NCBI RefSeq assembly: GCF_018977255.1
Contig: NW_024704742.1
Location: forward strand, 39,682,001-39,746,000
Length of the DNA: 64,000 nt
Origin: Callorhinchus milii
Taxonomy: Eukaryota
Reading direction: 5' to 3'
A model generated the notes under the pieces. The model did not search any database, was not told where the DNA came from, and was given only the letters and a program-made list of their open reading frames with translations. Position 1 is the stretch's first letter. Each line of letters opens with the position of its first letter. This document shows positions 11,990 through 24,790 of the stretch, one piece after another. Made by a program: the position numbers and the translations under genes.

Positions 11990-12240
11990 CGTTGTAAAGT
12001 AGTTTAGGACAAATATGGGGAAACATTTCTTCCCATAGAGAGTAATAAGAATCTGGACTCCACTACCCCAGAAAGCCAAAGATGAAAAATAAATTGAGGG
12101 ATATAAGGGAGATATGGATAGAAACTTAGGGAGTAAAAATATTAAGGGATATGAGGTGGTGGTAGGATAAGAGGATGTCTGTAATATACGGGGGAATGGA
12201 AAGGGCTCATTGGCTTCTCTTTTTACTAGAATCATATGTT
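11990..12240 (+). mobile_element. CR1 LINE 3' UTR-proximal fragment (old)
   Basis: TTTAGGACAAATATGGGGAAACATTTCTTCCCATAGAGAGTAATAAGAATCTGGACTCCACTACCCCAGAA parallels CR1 at about 520-600. Confidence 0.65.
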
Positions 12241-12949
12241 ACAAAATTCCAGTTGATGTCTCAATTTATCAACTGGTCAGCAGGTGTAACACTTCTTCCT
12301 TCTATCCATCCCACCTGGCCTCGTTGCAGTGGTTGGGTTATGACCCATAGATGTCTTGTTGGCTCACAAAGCATGGGATTGAACTGCTCGTTACTTGCTT
12401 CACTCTGATTTATTTTGTTGAGTTAAAATGGTACTTGCTACTCATCATAATCCACAATCCAGCAGTTCAATGGGCAGAGTTGGTGTTGGTTAGTACAAAT
12501 GTTAATTAACACAACACAGGACTCAGTACTCACTCCTATGTTAATATATATATACAGTATATATTGTACTTTAGCTGACTGTTTATGATTTCCATTGCAG
12601 GCATACACTCGCTATGTTGGTGAACTAATCTCTAAAATATACATCTATTAACTGTCACTTGAGAAAACACTTGGTTACGATAAATCTATGACTTGCTCTC
12701 TATTGATACGCTTGTACAATTATTATGCTCCATTACCCACCAAGGTCGAACTTAGGGCATCTCTCTTCATTGTGTTCATCCGTCCCAGCTGTCACTTAAT
12801 ACACAATGCACTTAATATGTCCTCCTTACAATGACAGGTCTGCGGAATTCTTTATATATCAGTTTGTGAAATCTGATTGATATTCCGTGCTTCAAAGAAA
12901 CAAACTTTTGGCTGAAAAATAAAACTTTTTTTCTTTGTAAGTGAACAGT

Positions 12950-13210
12950 ATAATACAAATTTACACTTATATAATGTCTTTCACGTTGGGAGGATGTCTG
13001 TAAGCACTTAATAGTCCTGGCTTTGCATCTGAGCTTGGGGTTGGAGCCGAGAGGGGTGGGGAGGTGAAAGATGATTAAAGGCACAGTTGAAGAGGAAGGT
13101 TCTGAGAAGGATTTTGGACAAGACAAGTGAGAAAGCAAGGTAAGAGGACATCGGGTGGAGTTCCAGAAAGTGGGCAGAAAGGCTGAAAACCCACCCGCCA
13201 ATGGTACAAA
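12950..13210 (-). mobile_element. L2 LINE 3' fragment
   Basis: TTTCACGTTGGGAGGATGTC stem-loop, GGCACAGTTGAAGAGGAAGG, GGAGTTCCAGA blocks. Confidence 0.75.
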
Positions 13211-14280
13211 GAGTAGTGGAACGTTTCTTATCTTTTAAAACCGATCCCTTTATAGTAGGCTTATGTCTTGTTTAATATATATAAGAATATACACACACAC
13301 ATAGGACAAGGAAAGATATTTTTGGTACCATATGGCTGGCCCCAAAAAGATATCTCTCTTTTAGATGCACATTTATTGCTTTTTGTTTCCTCTTGCGTTT
13401 ACCAGCAAATTACAACTGTATGAGACATTATCTTAATTGATATTTTATTTTTATTCTGATTTATAGGTCTCCAATATCATCTTAAATTATCATCCATTGA
13501 TAGTTTATCACTAGCACATTCAGTGTAATATTGAGATGGTTGCAACAACTTGTATTGAAATAGCACGTTTCATGTAGGATAATGCCTTGGAGCAATTATA
13601 GGGTTGGATGCTGAGCAAAGGAGATGGAGAGGGAGGGACTGGGGAGGTAATCATAAGGGAGGGGGAAGCAGAGAAGGTTGAGTTTAACACAAGCTTTCAA
13701 GACCAGAAGAGAGGGGACTCTGCTGTAAATGTTTATGGTTCTATGATATAGTAATATTTTCTCTCAGCACTTCACAGTATTTTAGTGTGAAGTGCAGTGA
13801 ATCTGTATTTTGTAGATGAAAATGGCTGAGATATCCTTTTCCATTTACTGTGTGACCAATAGCTTAGTTTTTCAGTTCAATCCAGTTTTATAGTGAAGTC
13901 TTCTTCAATATTCATCCACATGGTACAGCTAACTGAAAATACAGCTTCTCTCCCTCAGGAAACCAATTTTTTTATAGTGTTTGTGCAGCTAAATCATGCA
14001 GAGAGGGAACAGAATGTGTGCAGTCCTAAGAGGTGTTTAAAATCTTTGGAGAATAAAAAATAAATTGAGAAAGAGCCAGAATGGCTAACAAGAAATTATT
14101 TAATGTTGCATAACATGATGCTTGAGTCAATTTAGGTAAATATCTGTGGCAAGAGATTAATGGAAATTGCTATAAAGAACCAGGAAATTACTATAATAAT
14201 TATTATTATTACATTTATTGTAGTAAGACGTATTATAATTATTGTAATTATCATAATAATTATTTCACTAAATATATAAT

Positions 14281-14656
14281 AATAATAAATAATAATCCTT
14301 TCATTTGATATAGTGCTTTTCATGTCTTCTAGACAACTCAAAGCGCTTCACAGAATATACTGTAAAGTGAATTGACTGTATATATTTATGGGCGAAACAC
14401 GGCAGCCAATTGTGTGCAGCAGTGTCCCACAAGCAGTTGTGGATGAGTGACCAAATTATTATTGGTTTTTTTGAAGGATTATTTTCCCCGGAAAAGCGAT
14501 CCACCAATCGGCTAATAACTGGGTTCCTACTTACTGCTAGGTAAACAGAGGTGTGTGGAGTAAGGAAACTTACCCAACATTTCGCCTTGCTGGGAACAGT
14601 ACCTAGGTTTCTTGATTGCGAGGTGAGTGCTCTAACCACTGAGCCACAGGTCTCCA
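14281..14656 (-). mobile_element. full-length tRNA-derived SINE (long form), L2-type tail with TAGAA loop
   Basis: Minus strand reads TGGAGACCTGTGGCTCAGTGGTTAGAGCACTC...GTGGGACACTGCTGCACACAATTGGCTGCC...GAAGCGCTTTGAG..GTCTAGAAGACATGAAAAGCAC, then (TTA)n. Confidence 0.9.
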
Positions 14657-15421
14657 CAATTGCACTTTATTTCTCCACTAAATAAAGTGCAATAGGGAAA
14701 GGAAACATGATAAATTTCAGAAATTACTACCCTATATATCAGCATGATTGTGTATCTTATGATCATTCCCATTTGGTAGCAGTATTTGGGGCTTCAAAGT
14801 GACCTGGGATAACATAGAAGTCCTATACAATTGGTATAGCATCTATCTGCTGAGCAAAGCACTTAAACAAAATAATGGGGAAAAATGTATTTACTAAAAA
14901 CATACTTCTCTATATTTAAGGAACACATTTAGAATGCCAGTGTCAATGGGTCAGTGGTTTGTTCAACTTACAATCCTACCAACTTTTGACCTAAAAATGC
15001 TAATTTTATAATGTAACTCTTAATCTCTAAATCGGGCTCTGGCCTGGCCAACAATCCCCAGATAAAATTAGTAATTCACTTAATGGTCCATAAACCCCCT
15101 TTGCTCAGCTAACATAGGCAATATTCCTGACTCCTGAACCCTCCTCACCACCATTGGAGAGTATGCTTTAAGCCATTAAGACCCTAACCTCTGGAACTCC
15201 CTGCGTTAATCCATCCACCTCACTTCTCTATCTTTAAAACCCACCTTAAGACTGACATCTTTGGCACTTATAATCACTTCTCCCTTGCTCAGTATCCAAC
15301 TATGTTACCGTGCAGCACTCCGAGACACTACCCAGAAGGGTGAAGGATAAATTCAAGTTGCAGGGATATACAGTACAATACTGACTTTTCAATAATCCCT
15401 CAGATGAAATTAATCATTCAT

Positions 15422-17410
15422 ATAATCATAGAATCATACAGTACAGAGGGAGGCCATACAGGCCATTGTGTCTGTGCTGGCTCTTTGAAAAGAGCTATCC
15501 AAATCTATCCGACTTCCCCACACTCTCCTTATAGCCCTGCAAACGTGTCCTCCCCAAATAATTATCTACTTCTCTCTTAAAAGTTGTTATCAAATCGTCT
15601 TCCACCACCATTTCAGGCAATGCATTCCAGATCCGAACAACTCGCTATGTGAAAAAATTTCTCTTCATCTCCACGCTGTTTCTTTTAACAACTATTTTAA
15701 ATCAGTGTCCTTGGGTTACCGACCCACCCGTCAGTCGAAATAGTTTCTCCTTGTTCACCCTATCAAATCCTCTCATAACTTTGAAAACTTCTGTTAAGTC
15801 TCTTCTTAACCTTCTCTGGTCCAAGGAGAATAATTCTAGCTTCTCTAGCATCTCCTGATAACTGAAGTCCCTCATTCATGGTACCATCCTGATAAATCTC
15901 CTTTGCACCCTCTCCAATGTCTTGACATTCTTCCTAAAGTGTGGTGCCCAGAACTGAACACAGTACTCTAGCTGAGACCTAACCAGGGTTTTATGAAGGT
16001 CCATCATACCTTCCTGACTTTTGTATTCATTGCCCCTATTTATAAAGCCCCTATTTATAAAGCTTAGTATCCTGTATGCTTTTTAACAGCTTTATCTATC
16101 TGTCCTGCCACCTTCAAAGATTTACTTATCTGAATCCCATGGTCTCTCTGTTACTTCACATGATTTAAGATTATACCATCTATCCTATATTGTCTCTCCT
16201 CATTCTTCCTCCCAAAATGCATCACTTTGCATTATCTACATTAAACTTCATCTGCCACGTGTCTGCCTATTCTACCCGTCTGACTATGTCCTCTTGCAGT
16301 CTGCTGCTATCTTTCTCACTGTTTACTACTTTTCTGAGTTTAGTATCATCTGCAAACTTGGAAATTGTACTCCTCATACCCAAGTCCAGGTCATTTATAT
16401 AGATCAAAAAGAGCAGTGGTCCCAATACCAAACCCTGGGGGACATGACTACACACTTCCCTCCAGTCAGAAAAAGAACTGTTCACCATCACCATTCTGAT
16501 TTCTGTCTCCCAGCCAGTTCTGTATCCATGTTGCCACTGTCCCTTTAATACCATGGTATTCTATTTTGCTTTCAAGTCTCTTATGTAGAAATTTATCAAA
16601 CAACTTTTGAAAATCCATATCAACTACATCAACTGCACTATCTTCATCCACACTCCCCGTTACTTTATCAAAAAACTATCAGATTTGTTAGACATGATTT
16701 GCCTTTAACAAATCCATGTTGGCTGTCCTTTATTAAACCATATTTTTCTAAGTGAAAATGTATTTGGTCCCGGATTATAGAAGTTATTAGATTATTAGAA
16801 GTTACCCCACTATTGACATTAGGTTGACTGGCCTATAGTTCCCAGATTTATCCTTCTGCACTTTTTGTACAGGGGCGTAACATTTGCAAACCTCCAGTCC
16901 TCTGGCACCACCCAGGTGTCCAAGGAGGATCGAAAGATTATATGAATCTTTATATGAATATATTATATGACTATGAGGCCAGAGCCTCCGTTATTTCCAT
17001 CCTTGGTTCCCTCAGTAACCTAGAATGCATCCCGTGTGGACTGGGTGACTTATCTACCTTGAACCCGGACAACTTTTTTAGTACCTCCTCTTGGTTTACT
17101 CTTATCTAATTCATTTTCTCTACCCTCTCCTCCGATACTGTGGCATTGGTTGCATCCTCTTCTTTTGTGACGACAGATGCAAAGTACTCATTCAGTATGT
17201 CAGCCATGCCATCTGCCTCCACAAGAAGATTTCCTCTTTGGGTTAATGGAATTGGACCCACCCTACCTTTGCCTAACCTTTTATTCTTTATATGCTTATA
17301 AAATACCTTAGAGATCCCTTTTATGTTATCCGCTCATCTTTTCTCATACAATCCCTTTGCCTCTCTTATTTCCTTTTTCAGTTCTCCCCTGTACTTTCTA
17401 TATTCTATTT
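15422..17410 (-). mobile_element. CR1-clade LINE, about 2 kb, RT domain to 3' tail, degenerate
   Basis: ORF pieces VDVVDMDFQKLFDK and VPQGLVLGPLLFLIYINDLDLG...SKFADDTKL. Tail atcatagaatcata at about 15425. Confidence 0.93.
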
Positions 17411-17419
17411 GATTATCTT

Positions 17420-17775
17420 CTGTATCATATCATGGCTGTTTGTGAGACATCAGAGAATGGCCAATTTTATTTGGGGAATTGTTGGCCAGGGTACTGGGAG
17501 AAACTGCCTTCTTTTTTAAATAGTGTCATTGGATCTTTAACGTCCACCTGAAAAGGTAGTCATGACTTCGGTTTAACGTCTCATCTGAAGAGACGGCAGC
17601 TCTGTCAACAGAGCACCCACCCAGCACTGCATGAAAGTTTCAGGTCAGCCTAGATTATGTGAGTTCAAATTCCCAATGTGAGGTTTGAACCCACATTTCA
17701 CATATATCTAAGTTGATGCTGAACTCACAACCTTCTGACCCAGAGCCAAGAGTGCTACCAACTGAGCCAAGTTCA
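17420..17775 (-). mobile_element. old Deu-domain SINE
   Basis: GGATCTTTAACGTCCACCTGA...CGGTTTAACGTCTCATCTGAAGAGACGGCA...GAGTGCTACCAACTGAGCCAAG is the reverse complement of the Deu body and tRNA head. Confidence 0.8.
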
Positions 17776-17844
17776 GCAGAAACAATATAAAACTGTTTAT
17801 TGACATAGGATGCTAGAAGACAGTCGGTGTAGTGGGAGTGATTA

Positions 17845-18365
17845 TAGAAAAAGCAATATTGGATCTAATATTTAGCAGTAAACATTAGATTGTTCAAAAA
17901 TATTAAAGCTATGGGCTTAATATAGCATCAGTAATCATAATGTTGTTAGATTTGATATTCTGCCATGAGTAGGCAGAAGAGATAATAACATTAATGTGGC
18001 AGATTTCATGAGAAGCCACAAGGGTTCAAATAATGAAGATGAATTCAGAACTAATTACAGAGAGGGAGCACAGCAAATAAAAATACAATGCTCTTCAGGA
18101 TATGTTGTAGAGGACCTGAAATTAATACACATGAAATCAAATTCCAAACCAAAATAACAGCTAAAGGGAATTGAAAAATAAAATAAAATTACTAATGGTA
18201 AATTTTAAATGATTTAAGCAATGGGGAAGAATGGAAAACATATACAATGAATTAAAAGGTACCAAAATAGGTCATCCAGGATAAACTGAAATTGGAACCA
18301 ACAAATTCTGAGGTACATTGTAGGTTCAGTTTCACATCAGAGAAATTAGCAAATATTACAAGATT
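17845..18365 (+). mobile_element. highly decayed CR1-type endonuclease/linker fragment
   Basis: Translates to EKAILDLIFS...SNHNVVRFDI (cf. ILDLVL...SDHNxVxF at the end of the APE endonuclease). Many stops. Confidence 0.55.
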
Positions 18366-18594
18366 GGTTTGAATAAAGAAGGGCTTTTAACCATTCTGAT
18401 CTCATTCCTCCAGAATACCAACCCCACTTCCGTCCCACCATAATATCAATGTGTTTTGGGCTCAACCGCCATTCCTGATAACCTATTCTAGTCAGTAATT
18501 ACCCTTTAAGTAAAGAAAATAATCACAGAGGTTCCTTAATATAAATCCCCAGTTACCTCTTCTCCAGTCCTCTCAGTTGCTCCACTTTCGGGGT

Positions 18595-18880
18595 CTTAAA
18601 TATTTCTGAAGATGGACAAAGAAGGGGCAAGTTGGTGGGATTGAGGCAGGGAGTTCCAAAGGTTCGGGCATAATGGCTGAAAGCACAGCTGCCCATGGTG
18701 GAGCAGAGGAATCAAGGAATGTGCAGAAGGCACATCCCTCAATCCCTCTGCTCCCCTATCGGCAGGTCTGATGTGTAGGTGAGAATGAGGATCTTGAAAT
18801 CATCTGTTCTGCAACAAGGAGCCAGTGGAGCCTGGCAAGGATTGAGTGCGAAATTTTGAATCAGTTGAACTTTGTGAATA
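18595..18880 (-). mobile_element. L2 LINE fragment (old)
   Basis: GGGAGTTCCAAA...GGCTGAAAGCAC...ATGGTGGAGC and GAGGATCTTGAAATC...GGAGCCAGTGGAG blocks. Confidence 0.65.
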
Positions 18881-19944
18881 AATATAAAAAGTATAAGCTT
18901 TTACTGAAGTCAATATGATGTTCTGTATCTTGAATAGCTGAATATTAAAGAATACATTAATTTAAATGTAATCAGGTTTGTTTGGTCAATTTTCTTCCCC
19001 TTTCCTCTATGGCTCTTTGTCTGAAGGCTGGACCCTTGTTGGAGTACAATTCTATGGATACCAGCAAGTGAACATTCTTCATGTTTGAGCTGAAACAGCA
19101 AATTTTGTTTGAATATAGAGAAGCAAACACAATTTTGTCCTTGCTTGATTTTCACACACATGAACCAATTACCAGAAACGGTCACTGGATAACTATCAGG
19201 AATATAAATTCTGGCTGGTTTCCCCATCATAGCCTAGCTTGCCTAAGAACACTGAGGTCAACTGTAGTCCACTGATTGTCACCTCAGCTAAGATCAGGCG
19301 AGGTATCATGCTTCTATGTTTCTCATGCATATGGGTATATTGGGTGGTAGGTTTCCCCAGTAGGGCATCGAGAAACATAGGACAATGAACCCATCTATCT
19401 ATTTCATTGGATTGTTAGGTCTGAGCAGCTCTGCCCTACCCTTAATACCTCTACTAAGCAAATAGTTGAGTATCTCTCATTTAAATATCCCTATTGATTC
19501 TGTCTCTACAGGTTTCTGGAGTAGAGCATTCCAACCTTTTATGTGAAAAAGTGTTTCCTGACCTCAGATCTAATTATCTAGTTCTAAGTTTCTGAATGTG
19601 TCCCCTTGTAATGAATCCCTCTACCATAGGAATTCAGCAAATATTTAATTTGTCAATTCCTTTCATTCTTTTAAAGACCTTAAATTAACAAGGTTTAATC
19701 GTAATCATAACACTGGAAGCTAAAATCCTAAAGGGTAGAGTGGTCCTAGCTGGCCAAGCAGCAGAAAGCTTGCCAATCAGAGTTTGAAATGGCAAACTGC
19801 ATGGTTTTAACTGGTTGAACTCCAGCAGCACCCAAATTGAATGAGCTAGGATCTCCACACCTTAGCTCTTTCCAATCTGAAATCAATATTTTCAAGGATA
19901 AAGTGAGCAGGGTGTGTCCCTCTAGGGAGAGTGTGTGCATTCCA

Positions 19945-20468
19945 ACAACAACAAATTGCATTTATACAATGTCTTTCATGTTAGAGGATGTCCCAAAGTG
20001 CTGAACAGTAAAGGGTTTGCACCTGAACTGTAGGTTGGAGTCAAGAGATATGGAGTGCAGATAGGATGGGAAGATGACCGAAAGGCCAAAGACGAAGGTC
20101 TTGAGATGGGCCTTAAAGGAGGCAAGAGAGGGGTTGAGCAGAGGGATTCTAGGATGGAGTTCCAGAAGGTTAGGACAGAAAGGTTGAAGGCCCGACTGCC
20201 AATGATGGAACAGGCAGGGTGGGGGACATGGAGCAGGCCAGTGCCCACCAAGCAGAGGGAGCAGACAGGTTGGTAACATTTTATTAAGTCGCAGAGGTAG
20301 GGAGGATCAAGACCACGGAGGGCTTTAAGGTAAGGATGAGGATCTTGAAGTTGATGGGTAATGGGGAGCCAGTGAAGCCAGGTGTGGATGGGGGCGATTA
20401 GCTCACAGAGTTTAGTACAGGAGAGGACATGAGCTGCAGAGTTCTGAATCATCCGCAACTTGCGGGCA
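19945..20468 (-). mobile_element. L2 LINE 3' fragment
   Basis: ORF 19976-20473 has IQNSAAHVLS...WLHWLPI...GSRAFNLSVLTFWNS. caacaacaa tail. Confidence 0.9.
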
Positions 20469-21254
20469 AACAAACATTTCTATGCATATGTGAAACTCAC
20501 AGTCTGGTTTGGGTACTCTTAAGATGGCAATGATTTTAGCATATGTTTGACACCTAGCTGTCTAAAAAAATTGTTTCCTTTTTAATAACAATCCTTGCAT
20601 TTGATATAGTGTCTTATTATGGCTTCAAGACGTCTCAAAGAACTTCACAGAATATACTCTAAAGTGAATCGACTGTATATTCTGTGGCTGAAACATTTTC
20701 AAAGCAATTTTAAGAAATGAAGTGACCTAACAGGTGCAGACTACTTTGCTTTCATTCCTCTCTCACCATAAAATCTATCATTCCGACTGTACTGTGTTCA
20801 ACTTTAAAATCAAATTCCTCCCACATCCATTGTGAAGTGCTTTGAGACATTCTTTCATGTAAATATCAATGCATTGTTATATCAATGCATATTGTTGGTT
20901 ATTTGAGCTGTAGACCACTGCATTGACAGAGTTCTTCAAGAACTAATGCATAAATGTTTTCTATCTTTTATGCAAGATATTAATAACTCATAAATATTGG
21001 TAAACCTCACTTATTAAAATGAACTTAAAAGCAAATTGTGAAAGTGAGTGATTTACAATAGGATACATCATTAAACAATAGATGTTATCAGTAAGTCCTC
21101 CTGGATTACTATTTCTTATGTGACTGTGAGCTAATCTTTGCTTCATGCTAAGTTCATCATTCTATTCAACACTGAATTTCAGCTCATTTGGTGCATAAGA
21201 GAGATGTATTTTTACATTCAACATTTGTTTTGAAGCACATTCCCATTACTTGTT

Positions 21255-21599
21255 TGGAGTCCTGCAGCATTTTGGTTAGAGCACTCACCTTACAAGCAAG
21301 AGGACCTGGGTTTGATTCTTGGGCAAGCTTCCTTACTCCACATTCCTCTGTTTTCCTAGCAGTAAATATGAGCCCAGGTTGTTAGTCGATTGGCAGATCG
21401 CTTTTTTGGGGTAATAATCCCTTTAAAAAAATCATTCAATCTATGGGTTTTTGAGGGACACTGCTGTGGGCAATTGGCTGCCGGTTTTGCCCATAGAATA
21501 TACAGTTAATTCACTTTACAGTTTATTCTGTGAAGTGCTTTGAGATGGCTCAAAGAAGTGAAAAGGTGCTATATTAAATGCAAGGATTATTATTATTAT
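21255..21599 (+). mobile_element. tRNA-derived SINE (long form), TCAAA loop
   Basis: TGGAGTCCTGCAGCATTTTGGTTAGAGCACTC...CCTCTGTTTTCCTAGCAGTAA...GCAAGGATTATTATT. Confidence 0.85.
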
Positions 21600-22069
21600 A
21601 ACATTATTTGAAGGACAAATTGACAATGAATGTTTGATTGCATTTGTTACTGAGCATAGATCATCAACAGTTGATCTGCTGCAGTAATGCCTAACCAAAG
21701 ATGAGTCATAGCTCTCACCAGAGCCAACAGGCAACAAAGTATTAACTTTATAACATCCCCCTCCCTCCTACCTTCGAGAAGGACCTGAATCCTGTCTGGT
21801 TACGTTTATGGATCAAAACTTTAATTGGCTTTGACTAGTTCTACGTATGCTTTAGAAGAATTTACGTAATTTGTTGCACAATAAAAGTCCAGCTGGCAGA
21901 TGTCCTAACAAGCAGAATGGTTGCAACTAATTACATCTGTTTCTTGACTGCTGAAAAATATGAATACAATTATTTTCTTGCAAAACTGGCCATAGTTTGA
22001 AAGATGTTTAATCCTATTTTTTCAGTCCCTGTGAATGGCAGATTTAACTTTCTTCAGTTACAGTTTACA

Positions 22070-22388
22070 TAATAATAATAATCCTTGCATTTGATATAGC
22101 GCTTTTCATGTTTTCTAGATGTCTCAAAGCGCTTCACAGAATACACTGTAAAGTGAATTGACTGTATATTTTGTGGGTGAAACGTGGCAGCCAATTGCGC
22201 ACAGCAGTGTCCCACAAACAGTTGTGGATTGAAAATAACAAATTTATTATTGTTTTTGTTTTTGGAGTTTTGAATATTATTAGGTGTGTGTAGTAAGGAA
22301 ACTTGCCCAAGGTTTCGCCCTGCCTGGAATTGAACCCAGGTGTCTCGCTTGCAAGGTGAGTACTCTAACCACTGAGCTACAGGACTAC
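22070..22388 (-). mobile_element. tRNA-derived SINE (short form), TAGAA loop
   Basis: Closely similar to the copies at 34301 and 50603. Intact GGTTCAATTCC B box on the minus strand. Confidence 0.92.
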
Positions 22389-23121
22389 ACGTGAAGACTT
22401 CCCTTTCCCCTTTCACTACCTCTTGCTCTTTTTCAAATTAGCTCCTTCTCTGTCAGAGGTATAGTGTGTCCCTTTATATCATCTGTGGCATTTCTTGTTT
22501 AACGTTCTAACAGAAAATCTAGAGTAAAGAGGAGCTCGCTCATTTCCAACCGTCCTCAACCTATTTTTTTCTCCCTTTGATAGATTGCCAAACCAAGATT
22601 GGTAAAATTTATCTTGTGGTGGAAACATGAGTATGTTAGATTGAAGTGAAATTCTTATAAAAAGTCATGCAACACCAGATACTTCACTCATTGTCCTCAA
22701 TAATTCCGCTACCTAGAATAAATATGAGGAGGAGAATAAATGAGCAACATAATCCACTAGTGGCAAAATATGTAATGTTACATGATCAATTTCTTCAAAA
22801 CACAGAATGATATTTTGGACTACAGAATGTGTCCCTGGATTTTATCTCTTTATGCCGTCTTATTCCCAAAAAGATACCATTATGGTTGTTGGTTTATCAT
22901 TTGTTACAGTTGTACTATAAAAATTTTATAATATTTCAGCTACAGTATTTGCAAAAAAAATCTGTTTATCAGCCAAAATGCTAGATGGAGGAAATATTTT
23001 ATAGAATGTTTTTCCATTCACCATTGGGGCACAAACTAGTGGGATGCGACCAGAGATGATTGTAATGTAATGCTTTAAAGATTTGAGCCAGGAGTCCAAC
23101 TTACAAACTGTGTATATTAAC

Positions 23122-23470
23122 ATTCCCAGAGGATTGAGTTCAAGATCCTTGTCCTCCCTATTAAAGCTCCTCCCTTCCTACATCTGTGAGATACATGCTC
23201 CATGTTCCCCATCCTGCCCGCTCCACCATTGGCGGTTGGGCCTTCAGCCTTTCTGCAGGCTCTGGAACTCCATCTGCCTTGCCTGCCTCTCTAGCTTTCT
23301 TCAAGGCCCATTTCAAGACCTTCTTCTTTGACCATACCTTCAGTGGTCCTCCCACCTGTACCTCCCCTATTGACTCCACCCCTAGCTTGGGTGCAAGCCT
23401 TTCACTGTCCAGAACTATAGGACGTCCTCCCCACATGAAAGACAATATATAAATGCAATTTGGTGTTGTA
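23122..23470 (+). mobile_element. L2 LINE 3' fragment
   Basis: ATTCCCAGAGGATTGAGTTCAAGATCC; LHVPHPARSTIGGWAFS...FKAHFKTFFFDH; GGACGTCCTCCCCACATGAAAG tail. Confidence 0.85.
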
Positions 23471-24427
23471 AGCAATATGTAAAACAACTGTTTCATACAC
23501 CTGGTGTAAATCATATGTAAACACATAATCATAGAGGCAAGTACTAGTGCATTTAATTATATAATTAACAATTGATTTCTTTCATTTGTTGGCAAGTATC
23601 TAATTAAAGATACTTTTAATTTCATCTCTATGCATGAATTAACCATGATTTACACAACTTTAATAATAGATTTCTTTCTCCCTTCCCTGGTTGTTGATGA
23701 CATTAGAATAAGCCAGGGAAATTGTGTTGAACATCAATGGGAATTTAGAAAAATAGAAACCCAGGTTATAACTACCACTGTATAGAAGGGGCAGAATTAG
23801 TGGAAATCTCTAGGAAAGCGTTCTGCAGGAAGAAGAAACTGTGTATGAATCTTCAGCATTGGTCTTCTGTGCAAAACTTTTGGTTTGAATCAGAACATTG
23901 AGATTTAGCCACAGCAGCTTTTTTGATTCTTCAAATAAATATGCAACGTTTCATGACAGGTTTTCCAGTACCTTATGGCGTCTTCCTGATGTGAAAGGCA
24001 CTATACAAATGTAATTTGTTGTTGTTGTTGATTAACAAAATTCATCTGCATAGCTTTTGTGGAAGTTATAATATAGGTTTACTTTGTAACCTGCCAATGC
24101 AGCTACAATACTCCAGACCAAACACCGACTAGAATGAATTTTTATAAAACATATAGACTGAGCTTCCTCAGGGTTTCTTACTCTTTTGCTAGCCGGCTTG
24201 TCAATTGCTTGGCCCAGCGTGGATCAAGTGTAACTACCAAGCCTTGGAGCTAAATGTTTTTAAATAGATTTCTGCAACATATATTGGCAGGCAAGACCAT
24301 GTTGTATCTGTAAAGACCATTAATGTCATTTTTCACTTACAAAATTGCAGATAAGAAACCAGTGTGCATAATTTGACATAATGCAAAATACAAATTGGCC
24401 ACAGCACTAAAAAAATCATTCTACCAT

Positions 24428-24790
24428 ATAACATAGAATTGCATAGAATTACGCAGAATGATACCGCGCAGAAACAGCCATCTGATACAACTATTCATTC
24501 CAGTGTTCATACTTCATACATGCTCCTACCTCTCCTAACCCCTGTCCTATATCCATTGATTCCCTTCACCCTCACATATGCATCAAGTTTTCTCTTAAAT
24601 ACATTTAAACTTTTTGGATTTAACCATAGCTTCCCCAGTGGTGCCACATTCTCATCATTCCCTGTGCAAAGAAGTTCCTCCTAAACTTTTTTTGTTTTAA
24701 TCTGCTATTGGCTATCTTATACCCTCTCATTTTGTCCACCAACAAGTGAAAACAGCCTATTCACATCCGCCTTATCAAATCTTTTTTATA
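24428..24790 (-). mobile_element. old CR1 3' end fragment
   Basis: CATAGAATTGCATAGAAT tail repeat and a CR1-UTR-like body. Confidence 0.55.

Noticed and set aside
14301..14657. Recurrent ORFs ending [15 protein letters not shown]...[10 protein letters not shown] (also at 22054, 27339, 35051, 50538)
   Set aside because: These are translations of SINE bodies, not a protein family.
16032..16061. 15-bp tandem duplication GCCCCTATTTATAAA x2
   Set aside because: Ordinary slippage inside a dead CR1.
18939..19089. Minus-strand exon-like segment (SNMKNVHLLVSIELYSNKGPAFRQR... or LKHEECSLAG...)
   Set aside because: An acceptor is present, but there is no convincing donor or recognisable protein.
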